Virus record (IMG/VR): IMGVR_UViG_2541047881_000001
Length of the DNA stretch: 10,771 nucleotides
DNA from: a virus
Taxonomy: Duplodnaviria > Heunggongvirae > Uroviricota > Caudoviricetes
Reading direction: 5' to 3' (one strand)
The first letter of the stretch is position 1; each line of letters starts with the position of its first letter. Positions 1-7,557 of this stretch are shown here, piece by piece. The notes beneath the pieces were generated by a model that was given only the letters and a program-made list of their open reading frames with translations, did not search any database and was not told the DNA's origin. The position numbers and the translations under genes were made by a program.

Positions 1-102
1 ATGGCCATGAATGGCGTTGGATGCCGGGCAACTGCCCGCATTATGGGCGTTGGCCTCAACACGATTTTACGTCACTTAAAAAACTCAGGCCGCAGTCGGT
101 AA
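1..102 (+). CDS. insA: IS1 InsA, C-terminal 33 codons (5' partial at window edge)
   Basis: Frame 1 translates [33 protein letters not shown] then stop (TAA at 100-102), matching the InsA C-terminus as recalled. The A6C slip site sits inside it. Confidence 0.8.
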
Positions 103-524
103 CCTCGCGCATACAACCGGGCAGTGATGTGATTGTCTGCGCTGAAATGGACGAACAGTGGGGCTACGTCGGTGCTAAATCACGTCAGCGCTGGCTGTTT
201 TACGCGTATGACAGGATACGGAGGACAGTTGTGGCGCACGTTTTCGGTGAACGCACTCTGGCCACACTGGAGCGTCTTCTGAGCCTGCTGTCGGCCTTTG
301 AGGTCGTGGTATGGATGACGGATGGCTGGCCGCTGTATGAATCACGCCTGAAGGGAAAGCTGCACGTTATCAGCAAGCGTTACACTCAGCGCATTGAGCG
401 ACATAATCTGAATCTGAGACAACATCTGGCAAGGCTGGGACGGAAGTCACTGTCGTTCTCAAAATCGGTGGAGCTGCATGACAAGGTCATCGGGCATTAT
501 CTGAACATAAAACACTATCAGTAA
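21..524 (+). CDS. insB: IS1 InsB (C-terminal part of the InsAB' transposase), 167 aa
   Basis: ORF track 21..524; the translation [58 protein letters not shown]...HYLNIKHYQ is near-identical to E. coli InsB as recalled. Confidence 0.93.
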
Positions 525-534
525 GTTGGAGTCA

Positions 535-1682
535 CTACCCCTGTTGTCGCTTGTTGTAATCGTTTATTGATGAATTTAGTACGTCCTGAGCAATTTTTTC
601 TGCTTGAAGTACGCCCAATTGCTGCTTTAATCGTGCCAGCCTTTTATTTTGAGCTCCGCCATCTCCAATGCCACCTAACCCGAAAACTCCGGGTCGGGTA
701 TTTTTTTCTATTTCATCAATTTGACGGAGAACATCTGAGATTTTTTGATCAAGGGAGGTCTCACGGCCAATATCCAGCATGGAATCCCATGCCCATTTTG
801 CGGAGTCTGCGACAGCTTTCCATGCAGTCTCAAGATAACCAAGATTTTCTTTAATCTGGTTGGTGCGCTGGATCATTGAGGATGAGTATTCTTCTGTCGC
901 AATGCGGGCGGCCTCCTGCTGGTTCCCTTCATCCTGTAGCGCCTTAATCTGGTTATAAGTCGCAAGTGTCAGAAAATGGTACTGATCATTAAGTTTTGAT
1001 ATGGCACTGACAGGATCCTTTGCAATTTCATTGAAGTCATTAACCAGTTGTTCGGTTGATATTCCTGTTACTTCGCTCGTTTTTACTATCGCTGTCGTCA
1101 CTTGCTCCAGCGAACTGCTCGCTACCTTTCCCGAACGCACAAGCTGATTTAATACTGCCGCCGCAGCACCAGTTGTCGAATCAGCCGCATTCCCGGCACG
1201 TTGAGCTATATCGCCCAATTGCCCGCTGGTTGTCCCCAACTGATTTCCGGTAAGAATAAGAGATTTATTAAATTCGTCCTGCTCCTGAGAGCCTTTATAG
1301 TAAGCCAGTCCTAAGACCCCAACGGCTGCTGCGGCCAGGGTAAAAGGATTAATTAATCCCAGCACATAAGAACCTACACCTTTGATCGCCGGGCCAATCC
1401 CACCGAACATATCTTTTAGCTGGCCGCCCTGCTGCATTAACACCATAAATGGCGACTGACCAGTGGACAACCCAACAACAATATCCGTCATTTGTGCAGG
1501 CAACATGCGCATAGCAAAAGCCGTTTGTTTTGCCGACATTCCGGTTTTGCTTAATTGTGATTGAGTAACCTCAAGCTCACTCCGCATAGCACGAAGTTTT
1601 CCAGAAAGCCCCTCATACATTTCAGGAGAAAGCATCCCCTTAGCTTTTGCTTCATTGAGCTGTTTCTGTTGTTCTACCAGAC
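535..1682 (-). pseudogene. Lambda H-like tail tape measure protein, N-proximal fragment of about 380 codons, truncated by IS629 at the 5' side and by IS1 at the 3' side
   Basis: ORF 535..1635 contains [39 protein letters not shown]...[13 protein letters not shown], which aligns with the N-terminal region of lambda gpH ([39 protein letters not shown]...SDFNKTLVLSGNQ, recalled). The frame stays open upstream of the listed ATG through the IS629 junction at 1682/1683. The stop TAG at 535-537 is supplied by the IS1 terminus. At about 380 codons it is far shorter than a full tape measure (about 850 aa in lambda). Confidence 0.8.
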
Positions 1683-1724
1683 TGAACCGCCCCGGGTTTC
1701 CTGGAGAGTGTTTTATCTGTGAAC

Positions 1725-2615
1725 TCAGGCTGCCAGATCATCGTTTCCGATGGAAGCATAATAAGCTTTTTCTGCTTCTGCCGGAGGAGTATGGCCCAGC
1801 CTTTCCAGCAATCGTCGATTGTTATACCAGTCCACCCACGTGAGTGTGGCCAGTTCCACTTCTGCACGGTTTTTCCAGCTCTTACGGTGTATTACCTCCG
1901 CTTTGTAAAGACCATTGATGCTCTCCGCCATCGCGTTGTCATACGAGTCGCCTGTACTTCCTGTTGATGCCAGTAATCCGGCTTCCTTAAGCCGCTGTGT
2001 GTAGGCCAGCGATACATACTGAGAACCTTTATCACTGTGATGGACCGTGCCGGACGGTCGACGGGCCCATAACGCCTGCTCCAGTGCATCCAGCACGAAT
2101 GTCGTTTCCATGGACGATGAGACCCGCCACCCCACGATGTATCCGGCAAACACATCAATGATGAACGCCACATAGACGAAGCCCCGCCATGTGCTGACGT
2201 AAGTAAAATCAGCCACCCACAGCTGGTCAGGTCGTTCTGCCACGAACTGACGGTTTACGCGGTCGCCTGCGGCAACGGCTTTCCGGCTGATGGTCGTACG
2301 GACCTTTTTACCCCGGAGAACACCGGCAAGTCCCATAACCGCCATGAGGCGCGCCACTGTACATCTGGCCACCCTGATTCCTTCCCGTAACAACTGACGC
2401 CAGACTTTACGCACACCGTACACCTGATGATTTTCATCGTATACGCGCTGTATCTCTCTCTTCAGCCAGTCATCGTGCTGCGCACGGGCACTGCGTTTAT
2501 CCGGATGATGTCGCTGTTGCTGACAATGGTAATACGTTGACGGGGCAATATGCAGTTCGCTGCATACCGGTCCGACCCCGTACTGCTCACGCAGCTTATC
2601 CAGCAGTGGCATCAT
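1725..2615 (-). CDS. IS3-family transposase OrfB (DDE catalytic domain), expressed as OrfAB fusion by -1 frameshift
   Basis: ORF track 296 aa in the -1 frame relative to OrfA, overlapping its end at TGGAAAAAATGATG (A6 run at 2615-2620). It contains integrase-core-like segments ([32 protein letters not shown]). Confidence 0.9.
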   Translation of the reverse strand: MMPLLDKLREQYGVGPVCSELHIAPSTYYHCQQQRHHPDKRSARAQHDDWLKREIQRVYDENHQVYGVRKVWRQLLREGIRVARCTVARLMAVMGLAGVLRGKKVRTTISRKAVAAGDRVNRQFVAERPDQLWVADFTYVSTWRGFVYVAFIIDVFAGYIVGWRVSSSMETTFVLDALEQALWARRPSGTVHHSDKGSQYVSLAYTQRLKEAGLLASTGSTGDSYDNAMAESINGLYKAEVIHRKSWKNRAEVELATLTWVDWYNNRRLLERLGHTPPAEAEKAYYASIGNDDLAA

Positions 2616-2938
2616 TTTTTCCAGAGGCGGTCGAACTCCGCCTTCGCAAAATAAGCGGAAGCCTGGCGAAGGATATCGTTACTGCGGCGCAGTTCACGAT
2701 TTTCACGTTCCAGCTCTTTCAGACGCTGACGTTCAGCGCTGGTGAGCCCACCATCACCGCCCCCGGTATCCCGCTCATGCTGGCGAACCCAGACACGCAG
2801 AGTCTCCGGCGTACAGCCAATCTTTGGGGCAATGGAACAAATTGCCGCCCACTGTGAGTCATATTCATCCTGACTTTCCAGAACCATACGGACTGCCCGT
2901 TGACGGACTTCGGGGGAAAAACGAGTATTTTTAGTCAT
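2612..2938 (-). CDS. IS3-family transposase OrfA (HTH DNA-binding, leucine-zipper region)
   Basis: ORF track 108 aa, [60 protein letters not shown]...; ATG at 2938; ends at an A6 slip site. Confidence 0.9.
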   Translation of the reverse strand: MTKNTRFSPEVRQRAVRMVLESQDEYDSQWAAICSIAPKIGCTPETLRVWVRQHERDTGGGDGGLTSAERQRLKELERENRELRRSNDILRQASAYFAKAEFDRLWKK

Positions 2939-2992
2939 CCTGTTTACCTCTTTCTCAGGAAGTTTAGTCTCCAGGATTCCCGGGGCGGTTCA

Positions 2993-3133
2993 CTTCATCT
3001 TCGTTAGGCCATTTTGGGAGATAATTTTCCCCCTGCCTGCGCATTTCAAGCGTACCGCCCATCAGTGCGTCGTTAATATCCCACGCCTCCAGCATATCGT
3101 TATAGTCGAGGTTGGGTGTTGATATATCAGCCA
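2993..3133 (-). pseudogene. Phage portal-like protein, N-terminal 47 codons only, truncated by IS629
   Basis: ATG at 3133 lies 4 bp after the terminase large subunit stop. The translation MADISTPNLDYNDMLEAWDINDALMGGTLEMRRQGENYLPKWPNEDE runs straight into the IS629 inverted repeat at 2992. The portal assignment rests only on the conserved position immediately after the large terminase gene. Confidence 0.45.
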
Positions 3134-3136
3134 TAA

Positions 3137-4447
3137 TTAAATCCGAAGTGATGTGACTCTTCCGGTCGGTTTGACAATAGGGAATTGCTTAACGATGAAA
3201 TAACCTCCGGCATCATTCGGGTGATCATTGCCAGATTTTTTATCAGGCTCCCCCTTCTCATCCCAGACCTGTTGCTCCAGAGATTCGGCATATAACGGGC
3301 AACGCTTCACATTAACTTTATAGCGACGCTCACCATTGGCATTGCAGAACATTGCATTCATTGAGTTAACGCGATCTTTTACTGGCGGGTTCGAGCTGTT
3401 CACCACAACGTTAAAACCAGCCTGCTTAAGCTGGGCTATATCCGTCGTACTTGCGTTACTTGATTTTCTGGAATCCCCGGAAGCATCTGGATAAATATAA
3501 ATTTCCCTCACTTTCCGGTAATCATTCCCATCATACAGCCAGAAGCGTTCTTTAATGATGCGGATCATATCCGGCGTATCGTAGGCATTGATGATTTCAG
3601 TTACCGCACATGGAAGCCCCAAACGCAGCACATGGACGATTCCCGCCATCTTTCCAACGTTAAAATCCATCCCAATATAAATCGGCTCCCCTGGCTGCTC
3701 CACTTCTTCGCAATTATTCAGTTTCCGGTCAAACTGATGGTAAACAGTACCACTTGTCAGGTTAGTAAACTGTCCTCGAAGATAGGCTTTAATCAGCTCT
3801 GGAGGGTATGATTCAAGAAGCGAAGGAATGTAATCTGCTGGCAGGTTCTTTTCATTATCGAAAGTAGATGCCTGCACCAGACCATACAGTGAGGCCAGCT
3901 CTGTTTTTTCACGCACGGCTTTAACAAACTGCTCGTAGACAAATTTGAATCCTTCCGGCGTGGTTGTAACGTCAATACCGTTGCGAAGTCCATCAATCTT
4001 ATAACGCATACGTGCAATTATCTTGCGCCACGCCGTTCTGGCTTTTTCCTTCGGCAAAATGTCCAGTTCATCCACCAACGCATTACCAATTTTGAAACCG
4101 ACGATCGTTTGTGGCTTCTCCATCGATCTGCAGATAGTGGTTCCCCGATACTGGCGTCCGTAATAAAAGTGAACCTCTTTATTTCCCTCATTAATTTTTA
4201 CGTTCAATCCCCAGTCAGCAGCAACTTCTTCCACTGTAGGGTAAAAAATATCGCGAATTTGGGGATACGTTGGCGCAAAATATCCCTGATTTATACCTGG
4301 ATGCTCCCAAATCCCCTTGCATATGCCGCCACACCCAACCCATGTTTTGCCCGAGCCAAAACCAGCAATATAGGCTTTAAATTTATGGGGCATTGAAAGA
4401 AATCGCGCCTGAGGCACATTAAGCGTCGGAGAGATCATCTTCATCAC
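3137..4447 (-). CDS. Phage terminase large subunit (ATPase/nuclease)
   Basis: ORF track 436 aa. Walker A-like AGFGSGKTW near the N-terminus and Walker B-like hydrophobic stretch NALVDELD; overlaps the upstream small terminase gene. The listed start at 4447 is GTG; an ATG at 4438 preceded by AAGGAG about 8 nt upstream is the more likely start. Confidence 0.85.
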   Translation of the reverse strand: MMKMISPTLNVPQARFLSMPHKFKAYIAGFGSGKTWVGCGGICKGIWEHPGINQGYFAPTYPQIRDIFYPTVEEVAADWGLNVKINEGNKEVHFYYGRQYRGTTICRSMEKPQTIVGFKIGNALVDELDILPKEKARTAWRKIIARMRYKIDGLRNGIDVTTTPEGFKFVYEQFVKAVREKTELASLYGLVQASTFDNEKNLPADYIPSLLESYPPELIKAYLRGQFTNLTSGTVYHQFDRKLNNCEEVEQPGEPIYIGMDFNVGKMAGIVHVLRLGLPCAVTEIINAYDTPDMIRIIKERFWLYDGNDYRKVREIYIYPDASGDSRKSSNASTTDIAQLKQAGFNVVVNSSNPPVKDRVNSMNAMFCNANGERRYKVNVKRCPLYAESLEQQVWDEKGEPDKKSGNDHPNDAGGYFIVKQFPIVKPTGRVTSLRI

Positions 4448-5513
4448 TCCTTACTCTGGCATCAACCACATTAATATTGATCGCCACAGGCTGGGGATGT
4501 TCATTATCTTCCACCGTTTCGATCTCTTTGCGCAGCTTCTGGTTTTCCATTCTGCGCCGTTCAATTTCCAGTTCCTGTAGCCGTTTATCTGCACATAAAG
4601 CCCCGCCAGCAGAAAACAAACGCAACAATTCACGCCGGGCGGCAGCCTTATCCTCCAGCAGGATCTCAACGCCGAATTTTCCGAATTTTGCCCCTGCATA
4701 TAATTGCCGCGCATCCCCATCAAGCAGAGTGGTATCAGCCATATAAAGCTGTCCCGTTCCCTCACCGCAGCACTTCGGGCAGTCCGGATTGGGTATGGCG
4801 TTATCAACAAAGCCGAGGCCTCCATATTCCGGTTCGGGTTTGCCATCTCTGGAAGCCTGCGCCGCTGCCTTGTCGAATTCTGCTATATCGCGCCACTGGT
4901 AGAGATGATTCTCGCCCCAGCAATAACGGCAGTTAACACGGCGAAATTGTGCAAGCTGATTGGGGTCGGCCAGGACAATAGCCATCAACTGACTCACTAG
5001 TAAATCCAGGTCTGCGGTATAGCGTTTCTGGTACTGATTGCGGAAGTAGCTGATAGCGCGAAAAACCCTGGCATTTCTAAGCATACGACTGGCGTTGCTG
5101 TTAGCTGTCGCACCTTGCCCCTCATAACCGGCTAGTCGGTACGCCTCTGTCGGCTTTTTACCCTGAGCAACAAGCATCGCAAACTTAGCCTGCTGGTCAG
5201 AAATGCCGAATTCATCGGGACAGAACGAAAATTCCTCCGCGTCGCCCTCATTCAGGCCCGCATCGAATACTGGCTTTTTTTCCTGAGATTTTTCGTTCCG
5301 CTTTTGTGCAGTCTGCGCAGATTTTTTCTGCGCACTTTTTTGCGCAGTTTTGCACATTTCTGTCTGCGCATTTTTCGGAGTTTTTTTGATGTAACGACGG
5401 GCTGTTGCGTAATTCAGTCCCCTTGCTTCACACCATGCCACCGGAGATATACCGGAGCGGGTGTATTCAGCAATATACTCCTGCTGCAACGCCCCCCAGT
5501 CCGGTCTGCTCAT
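4419..5513 (-). CDS. Phage terminase small subunit (long form with extra N-terminal HTH, K/A/Q-rich repeat linker and Cys cluster)
   Basis: ORF track 364 aa, immediately upstream of and overlapping the large subunit. The segment SDQQAKFAMLVAQGKKPTEAYRLAGYEGQGATANSNASRMLRNARV resembles the small-terminase DNA-binding motif (Q..F..EY....T.AY..AGY.......AS.LL.N..V). The N-terminal 50 aa look like an additional HTH. Confidence 0.65.
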   Translation of the reverse strand: MSRPDWGALQQEYIAEYTRSGISPVAWCEARGLNYATARRYIKKTPKNAQTEMCKTAQKSAQKKSAQTAQKRNEKSQEKKPVFDAGLNEGDAEEFSFCPDEFGISDQQAKFAMLVAQGKKPTEAYRLAGYEGQGATANSNASRMLRNARVFRAISYFRNQYQKRYTADLDLLVSQLMAIVLADPNQLAQFRRVNCRYCWGENHLYQWRDIAEFDKAAAQASRDGKPEPEYGGLGFVDNAIPNPDCPKCCGEGTGQLYMADTTLLDGDARQLYAGAKFGKFGVEILLEDKAAARRELLRLFSAGGALCADKRLQELEIERRRMENQKLRKEIETVEDNEHPQPVAININVVDARVRSDEDDLSDA

Positions 5514-5516
5514 CAG

Positions 5517-5768
5517 TTAGTCCTGATTTTTATCCACCCTGAGTAGTTCGCGCAGAGCAAAGGCATCCCCTTTTCTGGCAAGCTTAAACAATGCCGCTCG
5601 TAACTCGGCTTCACCTTTCGCTCTGCCCTTACGGATGGCCGCATAAAAATCTGTCATTGCTTCCCGATTTTCTTTCAGTCGGTTCAGATCAACATCCAGA
5701 ACGTCAGCGATTTGTTGTGCAGTCATCCGGCACGCTGCCAGAGACTCGACTTTCGAATACGGAATCAT
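5517..5768 (-). CDS. Small hypothetical phage protein (83 aa), possibly DNA-binding, translationally coupled to the small terminase gene
   Basis: ATG at 5768 is preceded by GGGGGTGA at 4-5 nt. Its stop lies 3 bp before the small terminase ATG. It is a basic, helical-looking sequence (TAQQIADVLDVDLNRL...AIRKGRAKGEAELRAALFKLARKGD). No confident family assignment. Confidence 0.5.
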   Translation of the reverse strand: MIPYSKVESLAACRMTAQQIADVLDVDLNRLKENREAMTDFYAAIRKGRAKGEAELRAALFKLARKGDAFALRELLRVDKNQD

Positions 5769-6657
5769 TTGTCACCCCCATTGATATGCAGGGTGTCTTC
5801 TTCCTGTATTTTTCGTGAAGGATTTTTACTGCAGCGTTGTTCCAGGTGACCTGATGGTGAATGCGTTTATGGCTGGCACCCATCAGTGAGATTTTTACGC
5901 ACGACGGCGCATACATGACGGAGTAAAAACTTTTAACGTAGGTTGCGGAATCCAGATACAGCTCGGTCATTCCGCCGCTGTTTTTCTGCGTCTGTTTCTG
6001 CCCTAACTGGACAGCACCGATCGTCATAAACAATTCACCACAGCGACCGAGATTCGTGTACGTATTCACATCCTCGTTAATGCGCCCCATGAATGAGAAC
6101 GGTCGATCAACCGAACAGATAAAGCTGTTCATTGCCTTGCGTTTCACCCACGAAGCATGGCCGCCATTGTCACCAAGAAAATCCCCGCCCTGCGACATAG
6201 CGATGGAAAGAGCAGGTATTGATTCGTAGTACGCCAGCATTTCAGAAAGGATCGCATCCAGTTTCCTTATCGGAAAATAGGCCTGGTCATAGTTGCGATC
6301 CACCCGAAACTGGAACTCGTGATAATCATCATCGAGCTGAATGAAGTATTTACACCCGACCAGTTTTGCCAGGTCGAAACAGGCATTACGGGCGTAAAAA
6401 ATTGAGCGGCGGTCACAGAAATTATCGGCTTCGTCAAAACGACTGGCGATATCGGCTTTGGAAAACACCAGCACCTGTTCACCAAATTCAGCCATGTACT
6501 GATGCCGTGTCTTATCTTCATCATCAACCACGATAAAAATTTTCCCGGTATAGCCAGCACGACGCAACGTCCGGTAAGTCAGAACTTTGTCCGGTCGCCC
6601 GTGAGTCAGAATAAAGGCGCAAAAATCATCACGCATATTCCTCCTCCTCACCACCAT
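5704..6657 (-). CDS. Hypothetical phage protein with GT-A-like acidic (DxD-type) motifs; candidate nucleotide-sugar or other nucleotide-dependent transferase
   Basis: ORF track 317 aa. The likely true start is the ATG at 6636, with GAGGAGGAGGAA directly upstream, overlapping the ParB-like gene stop as ATGCGTGA. Motifs FILTHGRPDKV, IFIVVDDED and YFIQLDDDYHEF (hydrophobic strand followed by an acidic cluster) resemble GT-A fold glycosyltransferases. No transmembrane segment. The function is inference only. Confidence 0.55.
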   Translation of the reverse strand: MVVRRRNMRDDFCAFILTHGRPDKVLTYRTLRRAGYTGKIFIVVDDEDKTRHQYMAEFGEQVLVFSKADIASRFDEADNFCDRRSIFYARNACFDLAKLVGCKYFIQLDDDYHEFQFRVDRNYDQAYFPIRKLDAILSEMLAYYESIPALSIAMSQGGDFLGDNGGHASWVKRKAMNSFICSVDRPFSFMGRINEDVNTYTNLGRCGELFMTIGAVQLGQKQTQKNSGGMTELYLDSATYVKSFYSVMYAPSCVKISLMGASHKRIHHQVTWNNAAVKILHEKYRKKTPCISMGVTNDSVFESRVSGSVPDDCTTNR

Positions 6658-7420
6658 GCATGATCTCCACCATGCGCTGCGTCATCCGGACAAATCCATT
6701 TTCAATAGCCTGCTGATAATCAATGATCACCAGCGCCGACTCCTCGAAAAAACACTGAATTTCAGAGGGGGCGTGAGCGTAATAGTCCGCAATTCTGCTG
6801 AAATTAAACACCGTGTGACGTTCTGCCGCACACAGGAGGAATTTCTCAATATCAGGCTCAAGGGACGCCGAACGTATCCGGCTGATCAGCTCCTGAGTTT
6901 TCGTATCGTCGTACAGTTCACTGATATCCGGTTTACCGCCCGACGGCTCATAAACAGGCGTATCAATTTTCGTCGTATACGGCTCCTCCTCATTTCCTGT
7001 ACCGGGCAAAACATCCGTCAACAGTTCATCAATTTCTGTCGGGATGAAGCCTGTCAGGGAGACATCAAAATCAGCATTGATTAGGTCCGACAGCTCCATC
7101 CGCAACAGATCTTCATCCCAGCCAGCATTCATCGGCAGGCGATTATCTGCCAGGCGGTACGCCTTTTTCTGCTCATCCGTCAGGCCAGACAGAACAATGA
7201 CCGGAACAGAATCCATTTTGAGCATTTCAGCCGCCATAACACGACCGTGACCCGCAATAATTTCGCCCTTTTCGTCAATCAGCACCGGATTAGTCCAGCC
7301 GAATTGCTTAATACTTTCTACCAGTTGTGCCACCTGCTCAGTACTGTGCGTCCTGGCGTTGTGCGCATACGGTGACAATTCTTGTAATGGGCGATAGACT
7401 ATCTTTAATTTCTCGCTCAT
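6629..7420 (-). CDS. ParB/Srx (ParB N-terminal nuclease-like) domain protein with acidic C-terminal tail
   Basis: ORF track 263 aa. The N-terminal 100 aa (IVYRPLQELSPYAHNARTHSTEQVAQLVESIKQFGWTNPVLIDEKGEIIAGHGRVMAAEM...LTDEQKKAYRLADNR) fit the ParB/sulfiredoxin fold pattern, including a GxxRxxA box (GHGRVMAA, compare GERRxRAA in ParB). The C-terminus is highly acidic (GGEEEEYA). Confidence 0.8.
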   Translation of the reverse strand: MSEKLKIVYRPLQELSPYAHNARTHSTEQVAQLVESIKQFGWTNPVLIDEKGEIIAGHGRVMAAEMLKMDSVPVIVLSGLTDEQKKAYRLADNRLPMNAGWDEDLLRMELSDLINADFDVSLTGFIPTEIDELLTDVLPGTGNEEEPYTTKIDTPVYEPSGGKPDISELYDDTKTQELISRIRSASLEPDIEKFLLCAAERHTVFNFSRIADYYAHAPSEIQCFFEESALVIIDYQQAIENGFVRMTQRMVEIMHGGEEEEYA

Positions 7421-7435
7421 ACAGCCTTGCTTTAT

Positions 7436-7470
7436 GAATAAAACGCACCCCAGCAGCCAGTGCTACTGGG
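7436..7470 (-). terminator. Candidate rho-independent terminator downstream of trkG
   Basis: On the minus strand: CCCCAGTAG-CACTGG-CTGCTGGGG (9-bp stem with one G-U pair, 6-nt loop) followed by TGCGTTTTATTCAT. Located between the trkG stop (7558) and the ParB-like start (7420). Confidence 0.4.
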
Positions 7471-7557
7471 GACGGAGGGGTTGCTGGTAAAGTTAGGTAT
7501 TGGATCAATGAGTGAGTCAACATAATATTAAACTCACAATTATAAATCAGCCATATA

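Larger units (their letters stand above)
1..539 (+). mobile_element. IS1: IS1 insertion sequence, 5'-truncated by the window edge (about the right 540 bp including the right terminal inverted repeat)
   Basis: Sequence from position 1 matches the IS1 interior (ATGGCCATGAATGGCGTTGGATGCCGGGCAACTGCCCGC...) and runs to the canonical IS1 end ...AACACTATCAgTAAGTTGGAGTCAcTACC at 511-539. The A6C frameshift motif TTAAAAAACTC lies at about 75-86. Identified from recall of the IS1 sequence. Confidence 0.93.
1683..2992 (-). mobile_element. IS629: IS3-family insertion sequence, IS629/IS3411-like, complete (1310 bp)
   Basis: Imperfect 25-bp terminal inverted repeats: TGAACCGCCCCGGGTTTCCTGGAGA at 1683-1707 and TGAACCGCCCCGGGAATCCTGGAGA as the reverse complement of 2968-2992. 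It carries the two overlapping transposase ORFs typical of the IS3 family. The OrfA N-terminus [19 protein letters not shown] matches IS629/IS3411 as recalled. Confidence 0.9.

Noticed and set aside
567-1253. Plus-strand ORFs 567..854 and 1056..1253, antisense to the tape measure fragment
   Set aside because: They lie entirely inside the opposite-strand tape measure reading frame, which has a clear homologue. They have no recognisable motifs or ribosome-binding sites and are typical antisense shadow ORFs.
1652-2857. Several ORFs overlapping IS629 (1652..1867-, 1655..1843+, 1719..1967+, 1892..2173-, 2255..2437-, 2537..2857+)
   Set aside because: All overlap the well-supported OrfA/OrfB transposase frames of the IS element in alternative frames or on the other strand, and are most likely spurious.
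3793-5000. ORFs embedded in or antisense to the terminase genes (3793..4017-, 4109..4396+, 4451..4846-, 4477..4746+, 4688..4936+, 4704..5000+)
   Set aside because: They overlap the long terminase ORFs, which carry recognisable ATPase and DNA-binding motifs. They are low-complexity or Arg/Ser-rich translations typical of off-frame reads.
5281-5400. Short repeat cluster (CTGCGCA units with T-runs) as a possible CRISPR-like or iteron array
   Set aside because: The units are only about 7 bp with irregular spacing and sit inside a coding region, where they encode a K/A/Q-rich peptide repeat. This is not a CRISPR array. It is kept only as a possible packaging-site feature in the findings.
5704-6657. 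Possibility that the 317-aa protein is a GtrB-type bactoprenol glucosyltransferase (serotype-converting O-antigen modification)
   Set aside because: GtrB-type enzymes have C-terminal transmembrane helices and a different conserved N-terminal motif set. This protein has no hydrophobic membrane segments, and the gene context (ParB-like gene and terminases, with no flippase or GtrC-like genes) does not fit.
5304-7250. ORFs 5304..5546+, 5591..5818+, 6267..6560-, 6656..7084+ and 7044..7250+, overlapping the small terminase, 317-aa and ParB-like genes
   Set aside because: Alternative-frame or antisense overlaps with better-supported genes. No independent start signals or motifs.
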